From: a candidate division WOR-3 bacterium
GTDB taxonomy: Bacteria; Hydrothermota; Tepidihabitantia; B3-TA06
NCBI GenBank assembly: GCA_016934635.1
Contig: JAFGSK010000044.1
Span: 27,708 to 91,707 of the forward strand
Direction of reading: 5' to 3'
DNA: 64,000 nucleotides
The position numbers and the translations under genes were made by a program. Below, piece by piece: positions 37,956 through 47,416 of this stretch (position 1 is its first letter; the number at the start of each line of letters is the position of its first letter). The notes under the pieces are model-generated. The model was not told the DNA's origin. It saw only the letters and a program-made list of their open reading frames with translations, and did not search any database.

Positions 37956-39134
37956 TTACTCTTCTTCAGGTACATCTGAGAAGGAAACCGCAACCGAAGC
38001 GCGGTGAACCGGGGCAAGATACCAGTGCCACTCGAAGCTGTAATCGACGAAGATATTGTAGACTATGTCTTTGTAATAGGTGGTATCGTTAGCCATTAAA
38101 CGAGTAGTCTTCTTGTCGACTACCCTGGAACTGAAAGGAACCTTCAAACCCATTCCGGCTGAAGGGCCGCGACTGTTCCGGTTGGACAGGATCTCTCGTA
38201 TCAGATCCCCGGTCTCCATGGTAGAAGTCGAATCTTCTTCGTCGCCAAGCGAAGGTGCCGTATTGAGTCCCAAGCCTCCGCGCAGGAACAACTCTACATC
38301 GCTGATCCCTATTGCATACTCAAGACCTAAGGCGCCCTTGGCGGCCTGGTCAGAGAGATGGAAGAAATCTGCCTCCAGTGTCAGTCGTGACGCATCGGTG
38401 TCAACCAAATCAAGGGCGATTCCTCCACCGAAGGTAAAGGGCAGACCGAAGGTCTCGGATTGAAAGTTAGCGGGTATATCCTCGGTTTGCAGGGTATCCT
38501 TGTTGGTATTGAAGAAAAGCCCTGAGCCTTTATAGGCCATGTCAGGACCGAAATTCTGGACAACGAAACCGATCCTCAGATTACTGAAGGGAAGCTCATA
38601 GGTGGCGCCAACATCCATACCCAATCCCCACGCAGCCACATTGTGAAGCGTGAGGTCGATCACCTTTACGGTTGCGCCTGCAGTAAACTTCTCAGTCATC
38701 TTCCGGGCGTAACTCAAACCTACGGCGTAGTTGTTGGCAGAGTAATAATTCCCGGTTCCTTGCTGATCTTCGTAGGTTGTTATCTCGATTGGTCCGGACA
38801 GATGGGCGAGTATTTGAACGCCCACTGCATCCATGGCTCCAACCGGCATCCCGACTGCGACGTTTTCCTCGAGCATGCCTGCGAAGAGCATGGCCTGGCC
38901 AAAGGAAGCAGAAGGGGCTTCCATCTTGGCTATACCGGCCGGATTCCAGTATAGAGCATCCGGACCGTCGGCCAGCGCCGTATATGCACAACCCATAGCT
39001 ATCGGCCGTGCCCCGGCACCCATGCTCAAAAATGACGCTGACGCACCGGCTCCGCCAAGGCGCGCAGAAACAGGAACCGAAATTACAACCAGAGCCAGTA
39101 TACCGAGGATTAGGAGTTTTTTCTCGCGTTTCAT
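37956..39134 (-). CDS. PorV/PorQ family outer-membrane protein
   Basis: SFLSMGAGARPIAMG.AY.A.ADGPDALYWNPAGIA, D.GATY and QNFGPDM motifs. Likely start ATG 39134. Confidence 0.9.
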   Translation of the reverse strand: MKREKKLLILGILALVVISVPVSARLGGAGASASFLSMGAGARPIAMGCAYTALADGPDALYWNPAGIAKMEAPSASFGQAMLFAGMLEENVAVGMPVGAMDAVGVQILAHLSGPIEITTYEDQQGTGNYYSANNYAVGLSYARKMTEKFTAGATVKVIDLTLHNVAAWGLGMDVGATYELPFSNLRIGFVVQNFGPDMAYKGSGLFFNTNKDTLQTEDIPANFQSETFGLPFTFGGGIALDLVDTDASRLTLEADFFHLSDQAAKGALGLEYAIGISDVELFLRGGLGLNTAPSLGDEEDSTSTMETGDLIREILSNRNSRGPSAGMGLKVPFSSRVVDKKTTRLMANDTTYYKDIVYNIFVDYSFEWHWYLAPVHRASVAVSFSDVPEEE

Positions 39135-39145
39135 CTCTTCCTCCT

Positions 39146-42100
39146 TTACCTTACGATGGCGAATTTGCCCCAGGCTTTTTCGCCATCCTCGGTTTCTACC
39201 TGCCAGATGTATAACCCGCTCGTGCAATCAAGGCCTTCCTCGGTCAAGAGGTCCCAGTTCTCGGAACCTGCCCCGCCGTAAAGGCCGACGCCGTCGTGCT
39301 CAATGGTTCTTATGAGTAATCCTGCGGTGTTGAAGATACGTATCTTACACTTTTCAGGCAGGTATTGGAAGACTACGTGCCGATCGTACTGGGTGCGATC
39401 CCATGGGGCGCGGACGTAGTATGGGTTTGGAACAACCTTGATGTCTTTCAGGGTTATGCTGGTATCGGTGGTGTCTATGAACGAGGTGTCGGTCGTGAAC
39501 TCAAACAGGTCCTCAAGGGTGGTGGAACCGATGGTCTTGATCAGGAACTGCTCTCCAGCCTTTGGATTAATCACGAGCTGAATCGTATCCTCAGTAGTAT
39601 CGTTGACTGTCTGGATATTCGTCACCGTATCTTTGAAAAATACGGTCAAGTTGGGATTCCCAGGGGCAAAATTCGGGTAATAGATACTGAATTTATTTCC
39701 GTCTTCAATCGGCCAGCCCCTCGTACTCAGCCATAGAACAATATCCTTGTTCGGGTTTTGGTCGATTAATACAAGGGTGTCATCTACACGCACCCGCTGA
39801 ACCGAGATGGGACATGTTTGGTCAGTACAGTCTTTACCGTTGGGGTCGATGGTGACAAGATAGCTCTGCACCATCGGGACAGGTTCACCTGCATCGTCGC
39901 CTTCCCAACTAACATCGAAGTCCATATCGGTAGGTTCTTGTTCGTCCTTCTTGATCCAGCCGGTCTCGTAATCGTCGATTATCTCCTCTATGTCCAGGGT
40001 ATCTATGGATATACCGGCTATTTGAATGAAGAGCCCGTCCAGTACCGGGCCGCTGAACTCGCCTGAACGCATGACGAAGTCGTCAAGAACAACGGAATCA
40101 CGGGTCATGTCTTTGACGTAAGCCAGACGGATTGTCCCGGTTGCAGGGTCTTCTTTGAAGCCGACCCTGTAGGTATGACCTGTTATCTGTTCCGGCGATA
40201 CGACGCTGTCGGCAACCAGGGCGCTGCCTTCGCCTGCAATACGTCTTGCCGGAGTACAGGTCGATGTCTTCCACCTCATCGGGTTGCTTCGCGGAACCGC
40301 CCAGTAGGTCTTGCCGGACTTTCCGCCTTCCAGTGATTCGACACCCTCGGTTGGTTGAGGCCGTGAGTAGGAGGTCACCGAGTAATAGTATATCTGACCG
40401 TTGTGGACATTCTCGTCGATGTAGAAGTGGCGTATTCCTTCCTGACCTCCAAGTGCTTCTGCAGGGTAGGTCATGATTACGAATTCCTCGCCGTGTACAG
40501 GTTCAAGGATGTCCCCTGGTTCCGCCTGGGCTGGATCGCCATCCTTGATCATGCACTGTACGCCGTCAATAAGGATTATATCGCCGGAATTGTAGATATA
40601 AGGAGGGTCTGTCAGAGGCTTCACACCGCCGTCTAGTCCGGTAAGTATACAAAAACCGCCTTCGTCAAGGGCGTTCTCGTTGTAATTCAAGACCTTCAGC
40701 TCAGCCAGATCGTAGACTGTATAGCCAATGCCTGAATCTACAATAGTTGAGTCGAACGAGATTGTATAGATGTTGTAGCCGTAGCCTATCTTGTCTAAAT
40801 CCACTCCGGAATGATAACCCAGATATTCGATGGTTGATTTGGTTGGACCAACAAAATGCCCGACTATAACCGTATCCGGGTTGTAGGAACCTGCAAGATC
40901 GTAGTCGGCCATGAGTTCCCAAGTCTCTGAGATTCCGGAAAGACTGCGGTAGACGCGGTACCCTTCGAATGTATTTTGACCGCTCATTGGATCGGTGTAG
41001 TTCTCAGGATCACTGTTCCAGTTCAGGTAAACCGTGCTGTCGCCCGGGATTACCGTAAGTGCCGGGTTGGGTGGAGGGGAGTAACCGAAGTAACCGTTCT
41101 CGAACTGAATCTTGGCTGCAATTGCCTTCTCCCTCAATTCGTCAAGGGAGTAAGCCAGGATAATTGCATAGGTGATTTCGAGTTGGTCTCCGGTTTCGAG
41201 GTACGGCATCAGTGAATCCACAGGTCCGCAGTTCAGAAGCATCCTTACGTCGTTGGGATTTTCCCAGGTAACGAATTCCCTGGAAGCCATGTATGAGTAT
41301 TTCAGGCTGTCCGTTCCGTCGTTGTCGATATCGAATCCGTTTTGCCACGTCTCAAATCCGGTAAGACCGATTTCGACCCCGCGGTTGTCCTCAGGGGTCT
41401 CAAGCAATACGCAGCCGATATAACCTGCCGGGGTCACCCAACCCGACTCTGAACCGCCAGCATCATAGGTGTAGCCCATGTTGAGTCCCTCGTCGAATCC
41501 AATCAGATCATCCCAGCAACCGTCGTCACCAGCGACATTTCCGCCGGTTCCAACGTCGTTGTCCATGAAGAGTGAGATGTATACCGAATCGAGCGTGAAG
41601 TCGTTCATGTTTTGTATCTTGTAGTTAAAGTACACAAAGTCTTTGTTGTAGTTATAGTTCCAGCAGTATGTTCGCTGTTCGATCCTGATGCCTTGACCCC
41701 ATATATCGTAAGGTCCCATGCTCCTGATCCAGATCACCGCCGCGTCCTGGGCAGGAATCCAGTCTCCTGCACAGGCGTATGTATCCTGAAACGAGATGAT
41801 ATCACCATTATCCGGATCAACCTCAGGCATCGAGATGGCCCTTCTCTTTTCATTGATGGCGGTATCTGCAAACGGCCACAAGGTCTGGTACTCCAAAGGC
41901 GTGGTTCCGCCCTGGGCAAAGAGATTGCCGCCTTGACCCACAAAACCGTACCCATCAGGGATAACCATGTCGCTGAAGTAAAAGCCGCGGTTGCTAATAT
42001 CCTGCATACCGCCTGCGTTCTCCATCTCAGGCGCTGCCATAGCTCCAAGATCACTATAGAAACCGCCTTTGGAAACGTTAGGTCTGTAAGACCCGCCGCT

Positions 42101-42490
42101 TCCGCCTACTTCAGCTGGGTACCAGCTGCCCACCCACAGGCCGAACGCAAACCCGTAGAACTGCTCGGATCCTGCCGGGAACTCTATGTTATCACCCCTT
42201 CCGTTGTCTCTGTGAGGAAGTCCCCAGTACGGATGTTCGTCAGCCGGGTGGCGTTTGAATACACCGCCTTGCAAGGTGTTACTAATTGGAATATCACTGA
42301 TGTTTCCACCGTCAACGAACCAGGTCATCCAGAACCAGGCAGGCTCATTGGTAGTCTCTGTCAGAAGACGAACAGGTTTTGGCTCCTTGACGTATTCCAA
42401 ATTCTGTTCGTAATTCATCTTGGCAAACGCCGGTAATGCAAGGGTTGCAAGGAGCGTTAAAACCAAGAAGGTTTTTCTTGTTTCCATCAT
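39146..42490 (-). CDS. Large secreted protein with an FN3-like module and a T9SS-like C-terminal domain
   Basis: Signal peptide; PGDSTVYLNW, FEGYRVYRS and YYYSVTSY; CTD IKVVPNPY...IRIFNTAG...WDL...SGLY...GKFAIVR. Confidence 0.88.
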   Translation of the reverse strand: MMETRKTFLVLTLLATLALPAFAKMNYEQNLEYVKEPKPVRLLTETTNEPAWFWMTWFVDGGNISDIPISNTLQGGVFKRHPADEHPYWGLPHRDNGRGDNIEFPAGSEQFYGFAFGLWVGSWYPAEVGGSGGSYRPNVSKGGFYSDLGAMAAPEMENAGGMQDISNRGFYFSDMVIPDGYGFVGQGGNLFAQGGTTPLEYQTLWPFADTAINEKRRAISMPEVDPDNGDIISFQDTYACAGDWIPAQDAAVIWIRSMGPYDIWGQGIRIEQRTYCWNYNYNKDFVYFNYKIQNMNDFTLDSVYISLFMDNDVGTGGNVAGDDGCWDDLIGFDEGLNMGYTYDAGGSESGWVTPAGYIGCVLLETPEDNRGVEIGLTGFETWQNGFDIDNDGTDSLKYSYMASREFVTWENPNDVRMLLNCGPVDSLMPYLETGDQLEITYAIILAYSLDELREKAIAAKIQFENGYFGYSPPPNPALTVIPGDSTVYLNWNSDPENYTDPMSGQNTFEGYRVYRSLSGISETWELMADYDLAGSYNPDTVIVGHFVGPTKSTIEYLGYHSGVDLDKIGYGYNIYTISFDSTIVDSGIGYTVYDLAELKVLNYNENALDEGGFCILTGLDGGVKPLTDPPYIYNSGDIILIDGVQCMIKDGDPAQAEPGDILEPVHGEEFVIMTYPAEALGGQEGIRHFYIDENVHNGQIYYYSVTSYSRPQPTEGVESLEGGKSGKTYWAVPRSNPMRWKTSTCTPARRIAGEGSALVADSVVSPEQITGHTYRVGFKEDPATGTIRLAYVKDMTRDSVVLDDFVMRSGEFSGPVLDGLFIQIAGISIDTLDIEEIIDDYETGWIKKDEQEPTDMDFDVSWEGDDAGEPVPMVQSYLVTIDPNGKDCTDQTCPISVQRVRVDDTLVLIDQNPNKDIVLWLSTRGWPIEDGNKFSIYYPNFAPGNPNLTVFFKDTVTNIQTVNDTTEDTIQLVINPKAGEQFLIKTIGSTTLEDLFEFTTDTSFIDTTDTSITLKDIKVVPNPYYVRAPWDRTQYDRHVVFQYLPEKCKIRIFNTAGLLIRTIEHDGVGLYGGAGSENWDLLTEEGLDCTSGLYIWQVETEDGEKAWGKFAIVR

Positions 42491-42503
42491 TCCTCCTAAT
42501 GCC

Positions 42504-45500
42504 CTAGAAACTTACTCGGACACCGAAACGCATGATGCGTGGGTCACCATAGTTGCCGGGGTTCTGCCCATAGAAGGCTTCCCAATCCGCTAAATCGGCT
42601 TCCCAATCCTGTTCCGGTACCAGGAAACCATTCCGTGCATAATTACGGTAAAGGGCAGGTTCAAAGACCGGCGCATCGCCGTGATCATCCGCCAGACCCG
42701 TGTTGGAGTAAACGTAAACTACGTTTTCCCAGTCGAACACATTGGTGACGTCGAAATAAAATCCCAAGCGTGTCCGTCCAAGGAAACCTTCCTTTCTGCT
42801 GAGCCCGAACCATTTCTCAAGCCTGAGATCCAAAGATTTTACAGGAGGAGTACGACGCGTGCCAAGTGGAATGGGATTGCCTTTCGAGTCTGTGGCCCAG
42901 TAGGGGTGGCCGGATGCTGCGGAAAACATGACGTTGAAGTTAAAATCACCTAACGCTCGAACAAGGAAGGGGGCGTCCGGTTTTGATACGGGCAGGTTGA
43001 AGTTGAGATTCGCCTTAACGGAATGAGGAACATCGAACTCCAATGGATACTCATGCTTGGGCGGTTGAAGGGTAGAGCCGCGGTAGCGGTAGTAGAATTC
43101 CCTTCCCGATGAGCCGGTGCCCTTGGCGTCCATAAAGGTATAAACAACGTATCCAGAGAAGTAGGTTCCCCTCTGGCGAACCTTTCTGACTCCTATATCC
43201 ACTCCTTTGATCTTAGCAAAATCCTCAATCTGGTATACGGTGTAACTTGCCAGTTTGCGTTTGTAAAGGGTGGTAACTTCACGTGTAGCCAGAAGATTCT
43301 CCTGATCCCGGTAGTAGGCCTTGAGTGTCAATGCCCAGTTTTTTCCCTCATCCAAAGCCTGTTCATATCCTGCTTCATAAAAGATAGTCTTCTCAGGCGG
43401 AAGATTCGGATTCCCTAGCAGAGGTACACCGGTAGTGATATCGGCTTCCATGTTCTGATAGAGCTCGCTCAGTACGACGGGCTGGAACATGTGTCCGTAA
43501 GAGGCGTACATATTGGCCTTATCCGAGACGGCAAAGGAAAGTGACAGCCGAGGACTGAATTGAAGCTTGGCATCTGTAGGCGCTTTTCCGGAATCTATGT
43601 TGTCTTCATCGATGTAGTACTCCGATTTAGGATCGAAATAATCGAATCTGAGACCGGCATCGAGTTCAAGATCCTCGTATCTTATCACGTCTGAGATATA
43701 AGCCGCAAGACTGATGGGTTTTACGTGATAGTCGTCAGAATAAGGATTCTCATTGATGAACTGGATGCTGGAATACTCGAGATCGTTAAAGGTGCCGTTA
43801 ACACCAACCTCGATGCGGTTTATGGTGTCGGGCAGCCATGTAACCGATATATCCCCCTGGTAGTTTGTTGTCGACCGCTCAGACCACACAGGTGAGTAGT
43901 AATAGGAGAAACGGCGGAACAAAGGATCGGAGTTGTAGCGGCAGTAATACATGTTGCCCGAACCCTCAAGGCTGTCCTCGTAAGGATTCTCAACCTCAAT
44001 GGTGTCTCCGGTGGCCTGATCGATAATTATCGAATCCCAGTCTCGCCACAACTCGTAGTAGTGTCTGTATAAATCGTAGTCGAACAGGTGGTAGTGGACG
44101 CCTACCGTATCGTAGGTTGTATCGGCGCCTTCTATATTGATAACGACCGAAGGCCTCCACTCATTTACCTCGTACCAGCGTTCGTTTAGCGCCTCGAGTG
44201 CATCGGCCCAGCTGAACCAGGAAAATGCCTTGTCGCCTTCCTTATAGAAGCCTCTCGGATTCACGTATTCGTTATAAAAAAGCCAGACCAACGAATCAGG
44301 ATAATCGACGGAAAGGGTATCAGGGAAAAGCGCGGAATAACGCTGCTTGACATTGATCGTATCTCCTTCGTTGGTAAGGAAAAGAAACAGGTTTTCGTCA
44401 GGGATGGTGAAGGTCATCGTGCTGGGATCGAAAAGGGTTTTCCAGGTCTTGTCGGTAAAGAGTATCGTATCCCGGACTGCGCCCATCTTTACCCTTATCG
44501 TGTCACCGACCACGACATCACCCGGGTAAAAGGTATCGGTTTCCGTATATATCGTATCTTCGAGGACAATAGTATCGCTAAGCGATTCCCACCATCCTTG
44601 GGAAGAATCCATTGCCCAGCCGACCCAGGCCAACTGCTGCCGACCGAGCTGTTTAAAATCGTTGTAGTGAGCGCCGTCCTGGTATGAAAAAGAGGTGTGC
44701 GTGTTGAAGGTTCCTATGTTGATGTTGTATATCAGCTTCTCCGATAAGGAATGGTTGACATTGAGATTCAACTGATAGTTACCTCTCTGGGTGCGTGGTC
44801 CGAACTGTTCCAGCCAAACGCCCTTACTCATACTATGCACGTAGCTGTGATACCAGAGATCGGAGTAGTTGCCGGAAAGGGTAAATTTGGGTAGGCCTCC
44901 GGTCTTTAACGTATCTTTTCTTCCCATCGGCGCCCAGGTCAGCTTCAGAGTGCCGTTGAGACGGTGCTGATCCCTGAAAGGAAGACGGTTCTCGTGATCG
45001 GTCCAATTCCCGGAAACAAAGAAAGTCGCGCTTTCGCGTCCCGGGATAAGCGGTCCTCCGAACGCCGCCGAGGCCTTCTGGTGAAACATGTTCTCGTTAG
45101 GGAACTTGATAGGGTCTTTGCTCGTTCGTATCCCGCCGTCAGTCTCGTATTCCAGTATACCGGTATATCTCTTGGTGCCTTCGCGGGTAACGATCTCGAC
45201 GACTCCGCCCATCGCGTTGCCGTATTTTGCATTGAAGTTACCGGTATTGACCCTGACCTCTTGAATGGAGTTGTTATCGATGTCCACACCGGATTGGCCT
45301 GTTACAGGATCGTTGGCGTTGATACCGTCTACCATGTAAACGAGCTCATTTTCGCGTCCGCCCAGAACGTGGATCTCGTCCGAGCCGGCAGCGCCTATGT
45401 TGACGGCTCCAGGTTCAATGCTAACCACGTCACCCATACCGTGGACTCCGGCGATTGTCTTTATCTCTTCGCCTGTTCTGGTTGGTTCTTTTGAACCCGT

Positions 45501-45890
45501 GAAAAACCGCTCTGTTGGGTTTATTACAACCACATCAATCCTGACGGCTACGTCGGTTCTGAGTTTGGGGTATAGACTGACCGTTTGACTTGAAGATATC
45601 TTGACATTATCAACTATGTACGATTTGTAGCCCATACAGGAGAACTCAACTTTGTATACACCGGGATAGATGTTGGAGATCAGGAAGTTTCCATTCCCAT
45701 CGGCGTAAGTTCCTCCAACCGATTTTCCATCAGGGGTTGTTACCTGGACTGCCGTAAAGCCCAGTCCTTTTCCAGTTGAGGCATCCTTGACTTGTCCTTT
45801 GAGTACCCCTGAGATGTCGACCCCGAAAGCCAGGCCGGGGCCGAGGAGTACAACAATTACGGTCAGAATGCCCAATATTCTTCGTTTCAC
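42504..45890 (-). CDS. TonB-dependent receptor with an N-terminal carboxypeptidase-regulatory-like domain
   Basis: Plug GGRENE..YMVDGI..NDP and FNAKYGNAMGGVV; AGLRFDYF, GNPNLPPEKT; ends PRIMRFGVRVSF. Confidence 0.93.
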   Translation of the reverse strand: MKRRILGILTVIVVLLGPGLAFGVDISGVLKGQVKDASTGKGLGFTAVQVTTPDGKSVGGTYADGNGNFLISNIYPGVYKVEFSCMGYKSYIVDNVKISSSQTVSLYPKLRTDVAVRIDVVVINPTERFFTGSKEPTRTGEEIKTIAGVHGMGDVVSIEPGAVNIGAAGSDEIHVLGGRENELVYMVDGINANDPVTGQSGVDIDNNSIQEVRVNTGNFNAKYGNAMGGVVEIVTREGTKRYTGILEYETDGGIRTSKDPIKFPNENMFHQKASAAFGGPLIPGRESATFFVSGNWTDHENRLPFRDQHRLNGTLKLTWAPMGRKDTLKTGGLPKFTLSGNYSDLWYHSYVHSMSKGVWLEQFGPRTQRGNYQLNLNVNHSLSEKLIYNINIGTFNTHTSFSYQDGAHYNDFKQLGRQQLAWVGWAMDSSQGWWESLSDTIVLEDTIYTETDTFYPGDVVVGDTIRVKMGAVRDTILFTDKTWKTLFDPSTMTFTIPDENLFLFLTNEGDTINVKQRYSALFPDTLSVDYPDSLVWLFYNEYVNPRGFYKEGDKAFSWFSWADALEALNERWYEVNEWRPSVVINIEGADTTYDTVGVHYHLFDYDLYRHYYELWRDWDSIIIDQATGDTIEVENPYEDSLEGSGNMYYCRYNSDPLFRRFSYYYSPVWSERSTTNYQGDISVTWLPDTINRIEVGVNGTFNDLEYSSIQFINENPYSDDYHVKPISLAAYISDVIRYEDLELDAGLRFDYFDPKSEYYIDEDNIDSGKAPTDAKLQFSPRLSLSFAVSDKANMYASYGHMFQPVVLSELYQNMEADITTGVPLLGNPNLPPEKTIFYEAGYEQALDEGKNWALTLKAYYRDQENLLATREVTTLYKRKLASYTVYQIEDFAKIKGVDIGVRKVRQRGTYFSGYVVYTFMDAKGTGSSGREFYYRYRGSTLQPPKHEYPLEFDVPHSVKANLNFNLPVSKPDAPFLVRALGDFNFNVMFSAASGHPYWATDSKGNPIPLGTRRTPPVKSLDLRLEKWFGLSRKEGFLGRTRLGFYFDVTNVFDWENVVYVYSNTGLADDHGDAPVFEPALYRNYARNGFLVPEQDWEADLADWEAFYGQNPGNYGDPRIMRFGVRVSF

Positions 45891-46132
45891 GTCAACCTCC
45901 TTGTCTTGGGTTGGGTGAGTTCTTTAACTTTAATTCATTCTTCTCTTGGAATACGCATGAAAAAATGCTGGACTGACCTCCTTGTAGTTGACACACGTTT
46001 ACACTTTTGCCTAAAACCATCTTAATCCGTCCTTTAATCCGGGCAACCCTAGAAAGCCCGTTGTGTTTTTTAAAGGAATCCGCTAAAGGAGGGTGACGAT
46101 CTGACTCCTTCGTGCAGACTTCCTCTACTTTG

Positions 46133-46160
46133 AGTATAGTTTTCTTTTCGCACTTGTCAA
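46133..46160 (-). promoter_or_regulatory. Sigma70 promoter of the TBDR operon, with a ~235-nt leader
   Basis: TTGACA-N16-TATACT. Confidence 0.7.
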
Positions 46161-46248
46161 GGGGGAAGGGCTTTTAGAAAACTCGCCAACCTGCCAAGCG
46201 CAACTTGCTAATGAGCGAAAACTTCCTGACGCGAGCAAATATCGATGA

Positions 46249-46571
46249 CTACGGTGCGCTCCAGACAGCGCCTTCTCCTTCTTTTTTCAGCTTTATTGAC
46301 GGATTACCATCAATAACGACAGTTGTGCGGCCTGAATTATACAGCTCCAGTTTTCCACCATAGGCACCGCCGCCCAATCTGGCCTCTGGCCTGCCGCCGC
46401 GTTCGGAACGACAACGAACTCCTTTGCCTCGATCCGGTTAGGGACTGTATACTGCCCCATAAAGATACCTGCAATAAAGAGCAGACCCAGGGTAATACCC
46501 ACGATCTTGAATATCCTCGTCTGACGTTCTGAACGATGGATTCGCTTTGTTAGTTCCTCGACAGATGACAC
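46249..46571 (-). pseudogene. Frameshifted small membrane-anchored protein
   Basis: After EFVVV the -1 frame reads SERGGRPEARLGGGAYGGKLELYN...AVWSAP*. One T appears to be missing near 46407. Confidence 0.6.
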
Positions 46572-46625
46572 ATCACCTCCTTACGTTAATTATCCCCGAT
46601 AGTATCCGTGCAGTCCGGGCCCCTG

Positions 46626-46696
46626 CGGTACTGCGAAGCAGTACCGTGGAGTGGTTTGTCGCAGTCCCCAAAGAAACACTCCGTGTTTCTTTGGGG
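46626..46696. repeat. Two adjacent perfect hairpins
   Basis: CGGTACTGC-gaa-GCAGTACCG and CCCCAAAGAAACAC-tcc-GTGTTTCTTTGGGG. Confidence 0.8.
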
Positions 46697-46701
46697 CTAA
46701 G

Positions 46702-47250
46702 TTAATATTCAATACCCTTCCTTGCCTTTACACCCTGCTTATAGTAGTGCTTGATCTCGAGCATCTCCGTAACCAGGTCCGCTGACATCACAAGTTCCGC
46801 AGGTGCACCTCTTCCGGTGCAAACCACATCGAGACCGTGAGGTCGATCGATTATCGCCTTCATTACCTTTGCCGTATCGATAAGACCTGCAGAAAGAATC
46901 ACGTTTATCTCATCCAGGATGAGTAAATCGACTAGCTCTTCACCTTTCAGGTATTCGAGGGCAGACTTCCAGCCCTTTAAAGCCTGACTAACGTGCTCAG
47001 CGTTGTCTTCGCCCTCCTTGATCCAGCCCTCTGCACCGAACTGCATACATGCAACACCGAGCTTTTTCAACGAGTCGAACTCTGAAGAGGAACCCGGCTT
47101 GGCAAACTGGATGAACGCGACCTCGAGCCCCTGTGCCGCGGCGCGAACAGCAAGCCCCACGGCCGCGGTCGTCTTGCCCTTGCCAGGACCGGTGTAAACC
47201 TGAAGCAGACCTAAGGCAGAGTCGGATTCGGAATGTTCTTTTTCTTGCAT
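46702..47250 (-). CDS. cobO: Cob(I)alamin adenosyltransferase CobO/BtuR
   Basis: YTGPGKGKTTAAVG, LILDEI, TGRGAP, ADLVTEM and KGIEY motifs. Confidence 0.95.
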   Translation of the reverse strand: MQEKEHSESDSALGLLQVYTGPGKGKTTAAVGLAVRAAAQGLEVAFIQFAKPGSSSEFDSLKKLGVACMQFGAEGWIKEGEDNAEHVSQALKGWKSALEYLKGEELVDLLILDEINVILSAGLIDTAKVMKAIIDRPHGLDVVCTGRGAPAELVMSADLVTEMLEIKHYYKQGVKARKGIEY

Positions 47251-47416
47251 AGATAAGGATACAGGGAGGAATGGGTGGAGTCAAGTTGACAACTTTGAGG
47301 AGATAGGGTCTTAAAATAGCAAGCGCCAGAACAGGGTGACCATAATACTTTCAAGGAAAGGATATGAGTGAAAGGTAATCCACGGGCACTTCTCGGTACA
47401 GCCTGATTAGAATTAG

